Shown piece by piece: positions 52,997-64,000 of a stretch of 64,000 bases of DNA (position 1 is its first letter; the number at the start of each line of letters is the position of its first letter). The notes under the pieces were generated by a model. It was not told the origin of the DNA and did no database searches. It worked only from the letters and a program-made list of their open reading frames with translations. This DNA comes from an uncultured Chloroflexia bacterium (GTDB lineage: Bacteria > Chloroflexota > Limnocylindria > Limnocylindrales > CSP1-4), in assembly GCA_963833225.1 (NCBI GenBank), contig CAWHXD010000006.1, forward strand, positions 192,001 to 256,000, given 5' to 3'. The position numbers were made by a program, and so were the translations under genes.

Positions 52997-54411
52997 CTAC
53001 GGCTGGCTGGCCATGTACTCGTCCCAGTTGTCCTGAATCGCCTTGGCGTAGGCCTCGGAGGTGATCTGCCCGCCCAGCAGCAATTGGCTCTGAGCCTTCA
53101 TGAGGGTGCCCATCGTCGGGGTAGGCCAGTCCTCCCACGTGAACAGGCCGTTGTCGGCGTTGAGGCGCTGGTATTCGCTGGCCATCTGCTTGAGCAACGG
53201 GTTGTCGATCGTTGCCGTGGCTCCAGCGTTGGCAGCGGAGGGCCGGCCGGATGCGATCTGCGCGGCGATTGCCTCGGGCGAGGTCGTGATGAAGTTCACG
53301 AATGTCGCGGCGCAGTCGGGGTACTTGGTCTTGGACGAGACGACGAACGGCAGGCTGTAGCCGCCGACCGCTTCGTGCTTGCCCGTGTCGCCGACCGGGA
53401 ACAGCATGAAGCCAGCGTTGTCGCCCATGGCCTTGTAGATGTCGCCGAGTGCCCACGTGCCGCCGATATAGAACACGCCCTCGCCGCTACCGAAGCGCGC
53501 GACGGCGTCATTGAAGCTGGTGGCGAGGGCGTCCTTGTTGTAGTAGCCGTTCTCCATCCAGGCGCGGAAGTCATTGCCCGCCTGGACGTGACCGGCATCG
53601 TTGTAGGTGCTGCCGGCGACGTTGAACACCCAGTTGTTGATCGCGTCGACAGGCACGTACCAGCCGTTGAACAGGGAGAGGTTGTGCAGGGCCGGCCACT
53701 GATCCGAGTCGCCCAGCATGACCGGAAGCTCGCCGGCGGCCTTGGCCTGGTCGAGCAGCGCCATGTAGGCGGCCTTGGTATCGAGCGTCGCGATGTCCGA
53801 AACGCCCAGCGCGGCCAGCTTCTCCTTGTTGTAGAAGACACCGACATACTGGATCGCCTGGGTCATCGACCAGATCGAGCCTTCACCGAAGGTCTTGCCG
53901 TCGGTGGTGAACTTCTGGACTTTGAGCGCCGAGGCCGGGAACGCGTCGTTCCAGCCGAACGCCTGTGCGTACTTGTCGAGGTTCAGGATCAGCCCCGCCT
54001 TCATGAGGGCTCCATTGATCGTCCAGCCGTGGTTGCCCTGCATCACGTCGGGCGGGCTGTCGCCAGCCATCACGAGCTTGATCGTGTCCCACGCCGACGC
54101 CCAGTCCTTTGCGTTGATCTGGATCTTGACGTTGGGATTCTGTGACTCGAATTCGGCGGCAAGTTTCTTGAACTCATCCTGGATGACCTCGCCGGCCTCG
54201 GAGAAGCCGACCGTGAGCGTGATGTCACCGGCGTCGGCGCAACTGGGCAGGCCCGCGGAGGCGCCTCTGACGGCGCCTCGGTGACCGTGGCGGGGGGAGC
54301 GGTCGGCGTCCCGGCCGATGGCGCCGGCGATGCCGCGCTGGAGCAACCGGCAACGAGGCCGATTGAAAGCAGGATCGCAGTGGAGCGCCTCCACTGAGCG
54401 AGATGGGTCAA
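52997..54411 (-). CDS. Sugar ABC substrate-binding lipoprotein (frameshift near the N-terminus)
   Basis: GAGGAG RBS and TTG 54411, lipobox LVAGC, FESQNPNVKI, GDSPPDV and VFYNKE. Confidence 0.85.
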
Positions 54412-54766
54412 AGCCTGTTCCTCCTCAGACGAAACGTGCATCACGATGGCGGGCCGTCTCCGGCCTGCTCGCCCTGGTCCAAACCCCGGCGCGGGAGCCC
54501 CGACCGGGCTCAGAGACTGTGACCGCGCGCGGCCGGCTCGGCCCGGTTCCTACGTTCCGAGTACCGGTCGGTGTTCACCTCTCCTGGTGGCTCGCCTCCT
54601 TGTCGTGACCATGACGTTGATTACCAAATGGTAGATGGTGCGTCAAGCACAGCACATGTGATTCTATGTTGCAAAGACCGCACTATGTGGTGCCAGATGC
54701 CCGCTCAGGCCAGGCTGGAGCGGGTTGGCCCGCCCCAGTCGTGGGTGGCCGTGCTGGTGCCGCCCA

Positions 54767-55533
54767 TCAGCGAGCGCTGTAGCCGCCGTCCACGAAAGCG
54801 TCGCGCCGTGGGAAAAGGATGAGCGATCGGATGCCAGGAACAGGATCGCGTCAACGATTTCGGCTTCAGTCCCGAGTCTGCCGATGATCTGACGTGCCGC
54901 CATCAGGCGCCGAAGCTCGTCCGCGTCAGGTGCTCCAGCGACGATCCGATCCACCCATGGTGTCTCCGTGGTCCCAGGCGCCACGCAGTTCGCTCGGACG
55001 CCCCGTTCGGCATAGTCCACGGCCAGGCTGCGCGTGAGCGAGATCAGGGCCGCCTTGGATGCCCCGTATGCCGCGCGGTTGGGGATCCCGATGATGCCCC
55101 CGACCGATGCGACGTTCACAAAGACGCCGTGGCCCTGCCCGAGCATGGCTGGAAGCGTCTCTCGACACACCACAAACGGCGCCCGCACGTTGACCGCGAA
55201 GGTGTCATCCCACTGGTCGAGCGTCGTCTCGTGGACGGCCGCTCGGTAGCCGACGCCGGCGTTGTTGATGACGAGGTCAACGCCTCCCAGCAAGCGGATC
55301 GCCGCGGCCACGGAGGAGACGGTGGCCGCGGCATCCGCGAGATCGACGACGACGGGGTGGCATCGCTCCCGGCCCTCGGTCTTGGCAAGTTCCTCAAGCG
55401 CCGACCTGTTCCGACCCAGCGCCGCCACTTGACAGCCGGCCTCGATGAGGGCGACGGCCGCTGACCGGCCGATCCCGGACGAGGCGCCGGTGACGATCGC
55501 TCGCTGTCCAACGAGACCCCAGGGATCCTTCAC
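54767..55533 (-). CDS. Short-chain dehydrogenase/reductase (frameshift at the extreme 3' end)
   Basis: TGASSGIG, NNAG, YGASK, NCVAPGTTETP and VDGGY. Confidence 0.9.
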
Positions 55534-55572
55534 TGGCGAAGACCTCGCTCCAGACTGGGGGATGCTGATGGT

Positions 55573-55584
55573 GCACCATGGTGC
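55573..55584. promoter_or_regulatory. Palindrome in the divergent SDR/ADH promoter region (candidate IclR site)
   Basis: Perfect 12-bp palindrome GCACCATGGTGC; assignment to IclR is inference. Confidence 0.35.
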
Positions 55585-55734
55585 GCTATACGCACGTCCG
55601 AGTATTCACCGTTCTTGGGCAATGTCAAGGGTGATTTCACTGCGCGGTGTCGGCGAGTTGGTGTGTTGCCAACAGCCTGGATCGCATGGCATGATGGCTG
55701 CGTTCAGTGCAATCGGCTGCGTGGTGTGCATCAG

Positions 55735-56803
55735 ATGAACAGCCAATCCTCGGTCGATGCGGAAGGCGATCCGGTGGGGTTCGATCGGTTCGTGCCACCC
55801 TCGATGCAAGCCGCCGTGGTGCGAGCGCTGCCGACTCGACGGATGGCGGTTGAGGTCACCGCGACGCCGCGCGTCGAGGCTCCCGACCACCTCCTGCTGC
55901 GCGTCGAGGCGTGCGGGATCTGCGGCACGGACTTGCACATTCTTGATGGAGCGTCGTACCGGCCGACGCTCCCGTTCGTCCTCGGCCACGAAGCCGTGGG
56001 GACGGTCGTCGAGACGGGATCGGACGCCGCGCGGTGGGTTGGCCGCCGGGTGACGATGACCAACTTCACGGGCTGTGGCAGGTGCGATCTGTGCCGCGAC
56101 GGGGATGAGCGATTGTGCCCCGAACTCGTGTCGATCACCGGGGTCCTTGGGTCGTGGGGCGGGTTTGCGGGCTACACGCGCATTCACGCCGCGCAGGCGA
56201 TTGAGGTTCCACCGACGCTGGACGCCATCGGCGCGGCTTCGCTCGTGGACGCCGGAGCGACCGCGGCGAACAGCGTCAGGGTGGCCATCGAGCGATCGCC
56301 CGAGCGCGTGTTGCTGATCGGAGCGGGACCGATCGGATTCCTGTGCGCGGAGCTGCTGAAGATGGCTGGGGTCCAGCTGGATGTCGTGCACCCGAGCCCC
56401 CTGCGGCGTCAGGCCCTCGCGGCCATCGGCCACAACGTGGTCGCGTCGTTCGATGAGCTCAGATCGGCCTATGACGTGGTGATCGACTGCGCCGGGGTGC
56501 CGGAGGTGATTGCACCCGGCTTGGCGCGCCTCGGGCCGAAGGGAGCGTATCTGCTGGCCGGGTATGCCAAGGCCCCGAACTTGGACCTCGCGGTCGTCGC
56601 CCGCAGGGAGGGCGTGGTGCGAGGGATACGCTCCGGTCGCCGCTCGGATCTCGAGTCGGTGATCAGCGCGGCGGCCGGTGGGTCGATACGGATCCTGGGC
56701 GTCACGACGTGGCCACTTGCGGCAGTCAACGATGCTCTCGACGCGCTCAGGTCGCGAGCCGTTCCCGGCAAGGCCGTCGTGATTCCCCACCGGCCAGCGA
56801 TGA
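55735..56803 (+). CDS. Zinc-dependent alcohol/polyol dehydrogenase (MDR family)
   Basis: CGICGTDLH, LGHE, CGRCDLC...C and GAGPIG; as assembled it reads in-frame into the next gene. Confidence 0.85.
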
Positions 56804-57689
56804 GCTCCTCGATCAGGATCGCCCTTGATCCGGCAATGCTTGTCGCTCGACCCGCCGACGACGCCTTGCGGGCGGCCGCACGCGCGGGGTACGCGCGTGT
56901 GGGGCTGGGCAACCGCCCGGACCTCGTGCCTTGGTTCGGGCCGCCGGTCACGCCTGCCTCGGAGCTGCGACGGATCGCGGCGACAGCATCCGGGTTGGGC
57001 ATCGAGATCGCCTCGGTCGCGGTGATCCAGGCCTGGCTGACCTGGACGAGGCGATTTGGCAGCGTGCCGTGGGCTGGTGGCGTGCCGGTATCGATGCGGC
57101 CGTCAACCTGGGTGCCAACCACATCAACACCGAGTTCTCAGGAGACCCCGGGCGGGTGGCGGCGAGCCGAGATGCGTTCCTGCGCTCGTTCGGCGATCTG
57201 AGCCCGGACCTTGCCGACGCCGGACTCTCGGTCGCCGTGGAGCCGCACCCCAACGACTTCGTCGAAACGACGGCAGGGGCACTTGAGGTCATCGACGCGG
57301 CCGGCGATGCGAGCCTCAGCTACCTCCACTGTGTCCCGCATGCCTTCCACCTGCAGGGGACAACGAGTGAACAGCTGGCGTTGGCAGATGGCCGGTTCGA
57401 CCACGTCCACCTGGCAGACGCGTTCCGTCCGGATCGCACCATCCTCAATCCTCCATCGCCGCATGTGCGAGTCCACCAGCACCTGGATCCCGGTCAGGGT
57501 GAGATTGACCTTGGCGAACTTGCGGGAGCGCTCGGTCAATCCCAGTTCCGCGGTGTGCTGACGGTGCAGGTGTTCGCGTGGCCCGACCGCGCGGAGACCT
57601 CATTCGCCGCCTCCAGACTGGCCGCTGAAGCCCTCGTGGCCGAGATCGAGGCCGCCAGGAGCGGTCGCCGCGAAGCGGCACCGAGATAG
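56800..57689 (+). CDS. Sugar phosphate isomerase/epimerase (IolH-like TIM barrel), frameshifted
   Basis: IRIALDP, INTEFSG, VEPHPNDFVE, HVHLAD, VHQHLDPGQGEI and VFAW. Confidence 0.75.
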
Positions 57690-57697
57690 GGTCTCAC

Positions 57698-58372
57698 GTG
57701 GTGTTGCTTGAGGATCGTCTGCACGCAGCCGGCGTCGTCGCCGTGACAAGGCCGCCGGCACCGCCCTTGGCAGAGGCTCTCGCCCGGGCTCTGCTCGCGG
57801 CGGGCATCGACGTCATCGAAATCACGTTCCGCACGGCCGGTGCGCCGGCCGCGATCGACCGCATCCGGACAACCGTCCCGGAGATGCTGGTCGGCGCGGG
57901 ACCGTGCTCACGGGCCCGGCCCGGCAGGCGACAGACGCCGGCGCCGAGTTTGTGGTCGCGCCGGGCAGCAGCGCGGGCGTCATCGAGGCTGGCTGAGACG
58001 GCACCGCGATGATCCCGGTGGTCGCGACCCGAGTGAGATCGAGGCGAACCTCGCCCGCGGGCTCACCCTCCTGAAGCTGTTCCCCGCGGAGTCATCGGCG
58101 GTGTCTCGATGGTCAGGGCCATGCATGGCCCATATCCCGATGTGCGCTTCGTGCCAACGGGCGGGATCGGGCCGGCCAATCTGGCCGCCTATCTCGCCCA
58201 ACCCAACGTCGTCGCATGCGGCGGGTCGTGGCTGACGGAGGGTGTTCAAACCGAGGATGACCTTGTCCAAATGGGGTTCCGCGCGCGAGCGGCCGCCGCC
58301 CTGGTGCGCGAGGCGCGTGGCGCAGTGCCCGCAATGTCGGGGAATTCGACCGGAAGGGAGGTCCCGCGGTGA
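57698..58372 (+). CDS. eda: KDPG/KHG aldolase, frameshifted
   Basis: IEITFRT..A, LVGAG, FVVAPG, LKLFPA, FVPTGGI and VACGGSW. Confidence 0.85.
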
Positions 58373-59474
58373 CCCCGCTCGTGATCCGGCATGAACATGA
58401 CGTGACATGGGATCTCGTGGCCCTGGGCGAGGTGATGCTCCGGTTCGATCCTGGCGAGGATCGGATCACCACCGCGCGGACGTTCCGGGTGTGGGAAGGC
58501 GGCGGCGAGTACAACGTCGCTCGGGGCCTGCGGCACTGCTTCGGCCTGCGCAGCGCGATCGTGACGGCGCTGGCCGACAATCCGGTCGGACACCTTGTCG
58601 AGGGACCTGATGCGCGAGGGCGGCGTCGACCTGCGCTACCTGCGATGGGTGCCCTACGACGGGGTCGGACGCGCGGCGCGCATCGGGCTCAACTTCACGG
58701 AACGCGGGTTCGGGGCCCGGGCGGCCATCGGGATGTCGGACCGGGGGCACTCGGCCACCTCACGGCTGCGGCCCGGCGATATCGACTGGGACGCCGTGTT
58801 CGGCACGGATGGCGCCCGCTGGTTCCATTGCGGCGGGATCTTCGCGGCGCTGTCCGAGAGCACACCACTCGGGTCGCCCGCGAGGCAATGGAGGCCGCCC
58901 GCCACCACGGGGTGGTCGTGAGCTACGACCTCAACTACCGTGCCAGCCTGTGGCAGTCGATCGGTGGGCAGGCGCGCGCGCGCGCCGTCAACCGGGAGCT
59001 CGCGCCGCTCGTCGACGTCATGCTGGGGAACGAAGAGGACTTCACCGCCGCGTTGGGGTTCGAGGTGCGCCGGTCTTGACCCGAACCTGGCAGCCCTCGA
59101 CGGGGCCAACTTCGCCCGGATGATCGACGAGGCCACCCGGACATTCCCGAACCTTCGCGTCGTTGCCACCACCTTGCGGAATGCCCGGACGGCGACGCGG
59201 AACGACTGGGGTGCGATCTGCTGGGCCGATGGACGGTTGTATCGGGCCACGTCCGCGACCGGACCTCGAGATCCTGGACCGGGTGGGCGGCGGCGACTCG
59301 TTTGCCTCTGGGCTCATCTACGGGTTCCTCACCGACCGCGGCGCCCAGGCTGCGGTCGAGTACGGGGCAGCCCACGGCGCGCTGGCGATGACGACGCCGG
59401 GGGACGCTTCCACGGCAACCCTGTCCGAGGTCGAAGCCGTGATGGCAGGCTCATCCGCCCGGATCTCCCGGTAG
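58369..59474 (+). CDS. kdgK: 2-keto-3-deoxygluconate kinase (PfkB family), frameshifted
   Basis: LGEVMLRFDP, GGGEYNVARGL, SYDLNYR, GNEED and DRVGGGDSFASG. Confidence 0.82.
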
Positions 59475-59526
59475 CGGCATTGACTCTTCGACCGATCTGT
59501 CCCGCATCTCGACCCGGAGGAAACCC

Positions 59527-60570
59527 ATGGGCACAGGCAAGCCAGGCGTCGCCATCGTGGGCCTCGGGCTCATCGCCCGCACGCATGCGTCGGCCTATCG
59601 GCAACTGAGCAACCTCGTCGATCTGGTGGCGGTCTGCGACACCGATCACGCTCGGGCGAGATCGTTCGGAATCGAGTTCGGCGCGCGCCCGATATTCGAT
59701 CTGGCCGAGGTCGTCGCGGACCCGTCCATCGATGTCGTCGATCTGATCCTGCCCCACAAGATCCATGAGCAGGCCGCTCTGGCCGTGCTGGACGCGGGGA
59801 AGCACCTGCTGATGGAGAAGCCGGTCGCTGGCAGCTACGCGGAGTCGGCGAGGATCCTCGGACGGGCAGAGGAATTGGGCGTCCACTTCATGGTGGCCGA
59901 GAACACCCGCTACGCACCCGCGTACCTGGCCGTCGAGAGGCTGCTTGGTGATGGCGCCATTGGCGACGTCGTGCACGCTCGGACGTTCCTCCGCTCAAAC
60001 GAGAAGCAGCACCTTTCGATGCCGGGCTACTGGCGGACCCGATTTGAGACTGGCGGCGGACTGATTCTGGACACGGGCGCCCACTCCTTCTTTCTGCTGA
60101 AGTGGCTGCTCGGTGACATCGCCGAGCTGACCGCGTTCTCGACCAAGGTGTTCGCCCTCCCGAACGAGATCGAGGACACGGCTTACGTTCGCGGCCAACT
60201 CGCCTCAGGCGCCCTGTTCTCGGCGGGCTTCACGTCCGTGTCGGAGGTACCACACAGCGAGCGCCTCGAACTCTACGGAACCACGGGCGGCCTCCTCGTG
60301 GACCAGATGGCGGATCCCGTGGTCAAGCTGTTCCGTGGCGACCAGGACTTCCAGGGCCAAGCCGTCGACGGCGTACGCTTTGGCCCGGACGCCTGGCACC
60401 CGGGTGGCTGGCACTGGGAATCCGTCATTGCCGAGGTGACCGACTACGTGACCTCGCTGGTCAAAGGGCGGCGCCCGCTCATCAACTCCTGGGACGCGGC
60501 CTATGCGATCAAGGTGGTTGACGCCGCGTATGCCTCGATTTGCCAAGGGAGCCCGGTCGCGGTCTCGTGA
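59527..60570 (+). CDS. Gfo/Idh/MocA family oxidoreductase
   Basis: IVGLGLIA, AGKHLLMEKP and GGGLILDTGAH. Confidence 0.9.
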   Translation: MGTGKPGVAIVGLGLIARTHASAYRQLSNLVDLVAVCDTDHARARSFGIEFGARPIFDLAEVVADPSIDVVDLILPHKIHEQAALAVLDAGKHLLMEKPVAGSYAESARILGRAEELGVHFMVAENTRYAPAYLAVERLLGDGAIGDVVHARTFLRSNEKQHLSMPGYWRTRFETGGGLILDTGAHSFFLLKWLLGDIAELTAFSTKVFALPNEIEDTAYVRGQLASGALFSAGFTSVSEVPHSERLELYGTTGGLLVDQMADPVVKLFRGDQDFQGQAVDGVRFGPDAWHPGGWHWESVIAEVTDYVTSLVKGRRPLINSWDAAYAIKVVDAAYASICQGSPVAVS

Positions 60571-60739
60571 GGCCGGCGGCCGCAACTTCCAGTGGCGTGC
60601 CACCGCTGACGGGGTCCGTCCGGGCTCCGTGCGATAATCCGGCGGTGACGTCGGACCGAACCGGTTCGATCGGGCGACGACCCCGGGGCCAAACGGCCGG
60701 CCGACCACTCACAGCGTCCTCCCGGAGAGCCCAACCACC

Positions 60740-61624
60740 ATGACCGAAATCTCCACCTGGGCCACCAAGAAAGGCCTCGCCCAGATGCTCAAGGGCGGCG
60801 TCATCATGGACGTCGTCACCCCCGAGCAGGCCACGATCGCCGAACAGGCGGGCGCCGTCGCCGTCATGGCCCTCGAGCGCGTCCCGGCCGACATCCGCGC
60901 CGCCGGCGGCGTCGCGCGCATGTCCGACCCCGAGATGATCGTCGGGATCATGAAGGCGGTCTCGATCCCGGTCATGGCCAAGGCCCGGATCGGCCACTTC
61001 GTCGAGGCACAGGTGCTCGAGGCCCTGGGCGTGGACTACGTCGACGAGTCCGAGGTCCTCACCCCCGCGGACGAGCGGAACCACATCGACAAGCACGCGT
61101 TCAAGATCCCGTTCGTGTGCGGCTGCCGAAACCTCGGCGAGGCCCTGCGCCGGATCAACGAGGGCGCGGCGATGATGCGCACCAAGGGCGAGGCCGGCAC
61201 CGGCAACGTGGTGGAGGCCGTCCACCAGCTGCGCGACGTGCTGGCCGACATCCGGAAGCTCCAGGGCATGCGCGAGGACGAGCTGTTCGTGGCGGCCAAG
61301 GAGCTCCAGGCCCCCTACGAGCTGGTGAGGCAGGTCGCAGCCGATGGGAAGCTGCCGGTCGTCAACTTCGTCGCCGGCGGGATCAGCACCCCGGCGGACG
61401 CCGCCCTCGTGATGCAGCTGGGCGCTGAGGGCGTGTTCGTGGGCTCGGGCATCTTCAAGAGCGAGGACCCGGCGCGAATGGCCAATGCCATCGTCCAGGC
61501 GACCACGCATTTCGGTGATCCCAAGATCATCGCCGAGGTCTCGAAGGGCCTGGGTGCTCCGATGCGAGGCATCGAGATCGCCGCGATCCCCGAGGGTGAG
61601 CGCCTGGCGGTCCGCGGCTGGTAG
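60740..61624 (+). CDS. pdxS: PLP synthase lyase subunit
   Basis: [33 protein letters not shown] and RTKGEAGTG. Confidence 0.97.
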   Translation: MTEISTWATKKGLAQMLKGGVIMDVVTPEQATIAEQAGAVAVMALERVPADIRAAGGVARMSDPEMIVGIMKAVSIPVMAKARIGHFVEAQVLEALGVDYVDESEVLTPADERNHIDKHAFKIPFVCGCRNLGEALRRINEGAAMMRTKGEAGTGNVVEAVHQLRDVLADIRKLQGMREDELFVAAKELQAPYELVRQVAADGKLPVVNFVAGGISTPADAALVMQLGAEGVFVGSGIFKSEDPARMANAIVQATTHFGDPKIIAEVSKGLGAPMRGIEIAAIPEGERLAVRGW

Positions 61625-61648
61625 GGCGCCTCGGCTGAGGCCGGCCCG

Positions 61649-62287
61649 ATGAAGATCGGCGTGCTGGCGCTGCAAGGCGCCTTTGCTGAGCACATCGCCA
61701 CCCTGCGCACCATCGGCGTGGAGGCCGTCGAGGTGCGCCTGCCGCAGGACCTCGACGACATCGATGGCCTCATCCTGCCGGGTGGCGAGAGCACCACGAT
61801 GCGGCGCCTCATCGCCCGCTGGGGGCTGCAGCAGCCCATCCTCGACCTGGCCGCCCGGGGAGCACCGCTGTTCGGAACGTGCGCCGGGATGATCATCCTC
61901 TCCCGTGAGATCGCGGGTGACGAGGAGCCGGTCCTGCCGCTCCTGGACGTGAGCGTCGAGCGGAATGCGTTCGGGCGCCAGCTGGATTCGTTCGAGACGG
62001 AGCTGTCGGTGCCGCTGCTGGGCGACACGCCGGTGCACGCGGTGTTCATCCGGGCGCCGGTCATCGAGCGGGTTGGCGCCGCCGTGGACGTGCTGGCGAG
62101 GCTCGACGATGGGCGGATCGTCGCGGTCCGCGAGCGCAACGTGATCGCCACCTCGTTCCACCCGGAGCTGGCGGGCGAGACCCGCTTCCACCGGCTGCTG
62201 GCCGCGATGGCGTCGGAGCATGCCGATCCGGGTGAGGGCATCGGCCGCCGACCCCATCCCACGCGCCGCAGCGGGCAGGGGGGCTGA
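61649..62287 (+). CDS. pdxT: PLP synthase glutaminase subunit
   Basis: GVLALQGAF, PGGESTT, GTCAG, RNAFGRQ, FIRAP and SFHPEL. Confidence 0.96.
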   Translation: MKIGVLALQGAFAEHIATLRTIGVEAVEVRLPQDLDDIDGLILPGGESTTMRRLIARWGLQQPILDLAARGAPLFGTCAGMIILSREIAGDEEPVLPLLDVSVERNAFGRQLDSFETELSVPLLGDTPVHAVFIRAPVIERVGAAVDVLARLDDGRIVAVRERNVIATSFHPELAGETRFHRLLAAMASEHADPGEGIGRRPHPTRRSGQGG

Positions 62288-62291
62288 CGCC

Positions 62292-63339
62292 GTGGCACGG
62301 ATCTCAGGCAAGGTGCGTGCAGCCCGGCTGACCGACCTGGCTGCGCTGGGCGAGCTGTCACGCCTGGCCCAGGCCGACACGGACGGTACCCGGTCGCTCG
62401 GACTGCCGGTGGCCGGGCCGCGGATCGGCATGTTCGCCCTGTTCCGGCTCCCGCTGGGGGCCTTCACCCCGCACGACGTGATGTATGTCTTTGACCGCGG
62501 TGGCCATGTCGCGGGCCTGCTCCGGGTGGAACGGGAGCGCTCGCGCGACGACTGGACCGTGGTGGAGCTCGACGCGGTTGGCGACATGGACGCGGGCGAC
62601 GTGCGGTTCCGGCTCGTCCAGCATCTGCTGCGCGATGGGGTCCGTCGCGGAGCCGTGCGCTTCCACGTGGCCTGCGCCGATGCCGACGACAACATCGAGC
62701 TGTTCATGCAGGCGGGCTTCGTCCGGTACGGCGACGAGCACCTCCTGTTCCGCACGCCGCAGACGCCGCTCCCGGCAGCGATGAGCGACGACGAGGCAAC
62801 CACGCTCGGGATCCGCGAGGCCCGGCCCCCCGATGCGCTCGCGTTGTCGAAGCTGTATGCGAGCGTGACGCCAGCCCCGGTCCAGCGGCTGGAGGACGTG
62901 CGCCTTCCCGACTGGGAGCGCCAGGGGCGCGACTGGCGGGTTCCGCGCAGCTCCCTGGCGCCGATCCTGCGCTTTGCCGATGTCGAGGCGTACGTCCTGC
63001 CCTCAGCCGGGTGGGGGTCGCGATGGCACGGAGCTCGACGCGTTCCTCCAGGTCGGTGTCGCGAAGGAGGACCAGCCGCACTATCTCAAGGTGCTCGCCC
63101 GGCCGGGCTCGGAGATCGCGGCCCTGATCCGGTTCGGACTGGGCGTGATCGCCGCGCGCGCTGAGCCGTCGGGGGCGCACCATCAGGGGGTGCTCGCCCC
63201 GGTTCGAACCTACGAGTCGCCGGTGGACCGGCGGCTGGAGGAGGAGGGCTTCGCGTCGATCGCCGCCGTCACGCTCCTGATGAAGGAAACCCTCGTCCGG
63301 GTTGCTGAGCCGCGCCTCGTGCCGGCCGGCGTCCGCTGA
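62292..63339 (+). CDS. Hypothetical protein with tandem GNAT-like fold (frameshift near 63000)
   Basis: [24 protein letters not shown] and LEEEGF resemble degenerate acetyltransferase motifs. Confidence 0.55.
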
Positions 63340-63362
63340 CGGGCGAACGGAGGTCAGCCAGC

Positions 63363-64000
63363 TTGACATCCCAGGATCAGCGCCAGGCCACCGCCGACGA
63401 TCTCGACGTCCTGCTCGCGGCACTGCCGCCCGAGATCGTCGAGGCGATCCATGCGCTGCCCGACCGGGAATCGCTGATCGAGGTGGTCCTGGACCTCGGG
63501 CGACCGCCCGAGGCGCGCTACCCGTCGTCCGAGGTGATGCTCCTCGAGCGCGAGATCACCGAGCGCGATATCGCCCACGTCGTGGAGCACATCGGCAGCT
63601 TCGGGGACGACAACCGCGCCGGCATCGAGCGCACGCTCCACCGCATCTCCGCGATCCGCAACCGGAACGGGAAGATCGTCGGCCTGACCTGCCGGATCGG
63701 GCGTGCCGTCTACGGGACGATCGAGATCATCGCGGACTTCATCCAGACCGGGAAGTCGATCCTGATCATGGGCCGCCCCGGCATCGGCAAGACGACGATG
63801 CTCCGCGAGGCCGCCCGGGTCCTGGCCGACGAGCAGGGCAAGCGCGTGGTGGTGGTCGATACCTCGAACGAGATCGCGGGTGATGGCGACATCCCGCACC
63901 CGGCTATCGGCAAGGCCCGCCGGATGCAGGTCCGCACGCCGTCGCTCCAGCACGAGGTGATGATCGAGGCCGTCGAGAACCACATGCCCCAGGTCATCGT
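63363..64000 (+). CDS. Ycf45/SpoIIIAA-like AAA ATPase (truncated at the right edge)
   Basis: Manual translation: [55 protein letters not shown] and [15 protein letters not shown]. Confidence 0.88.
   Translation, partial: MTSQDQRQATADDLDVLLAALPPEIVEAIHALPDRESLIEVVLDLGRPPEARYPSSEVMLLEREITERDIAHVVEHIGSFGDDNRAGIERTLHRISAIRNRNGKIVGLTCRIGRAVYGTIEIIADFIQTGKSILIMGRPGIGKTTMLREAARVLADEQGKRVVVVDTSNEIAGDGDIPHPAIGKARRMQVRTPSLQHEVMIEAVENHMPQVI

Overview
High-GC bacterial chromosome segment (about 70% GC by eye). Gene content and style suggest a Chloroflexota long-read MAG; that assignment is inference. Many genes carry 1-bp frameshifts, mostly at about 5.4-15.2 kb and 47-63 kb, and two long poly-T tracts at 8.9-9.15 kb look like sequencing or assembly artefact. 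Left to right: a 3xGAF-GGDEF cyclase; a single-chain PreT-PreA dihydropyrimidine dehydrogenase; a TetR gene divergent from a membrane-protein gene; degraded IS3 and intact IS256 elements; Rrf2-sufC-sufS, separated from sufU-moeB-mec by an antisense FAD-oxidoreductase/ABC cassette, with no sufB/sufD; xfp-ackA-usp; a glucosylglycerate operon (Ggs-like GT2, USP-USP-GpgS fusion, glycerate kinase, Nth, nucleoside hydrolase); HNH-CCA-TPR-galE; a methyltransferase-MOSC fusion; a sugar-phosphate-utilisation (SPU-type) microcompartment operon (SorC regulator, RpiB, DeoC with a Cys-rich extension, aldehyde dehydrogenase, BMC-H, 2 BMC-T, 3 BMC-P); a lower-GC sugar/sugar-acid catabolic island with twin IclR regulators and a probable BKACE-IclR fusion; pdxS-pdxT; and a Ycf45-like AAA ATPase. 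No rRNA, tRNA or CRISPR array was recognised. All family calls come from reading motifs, not from database searches.
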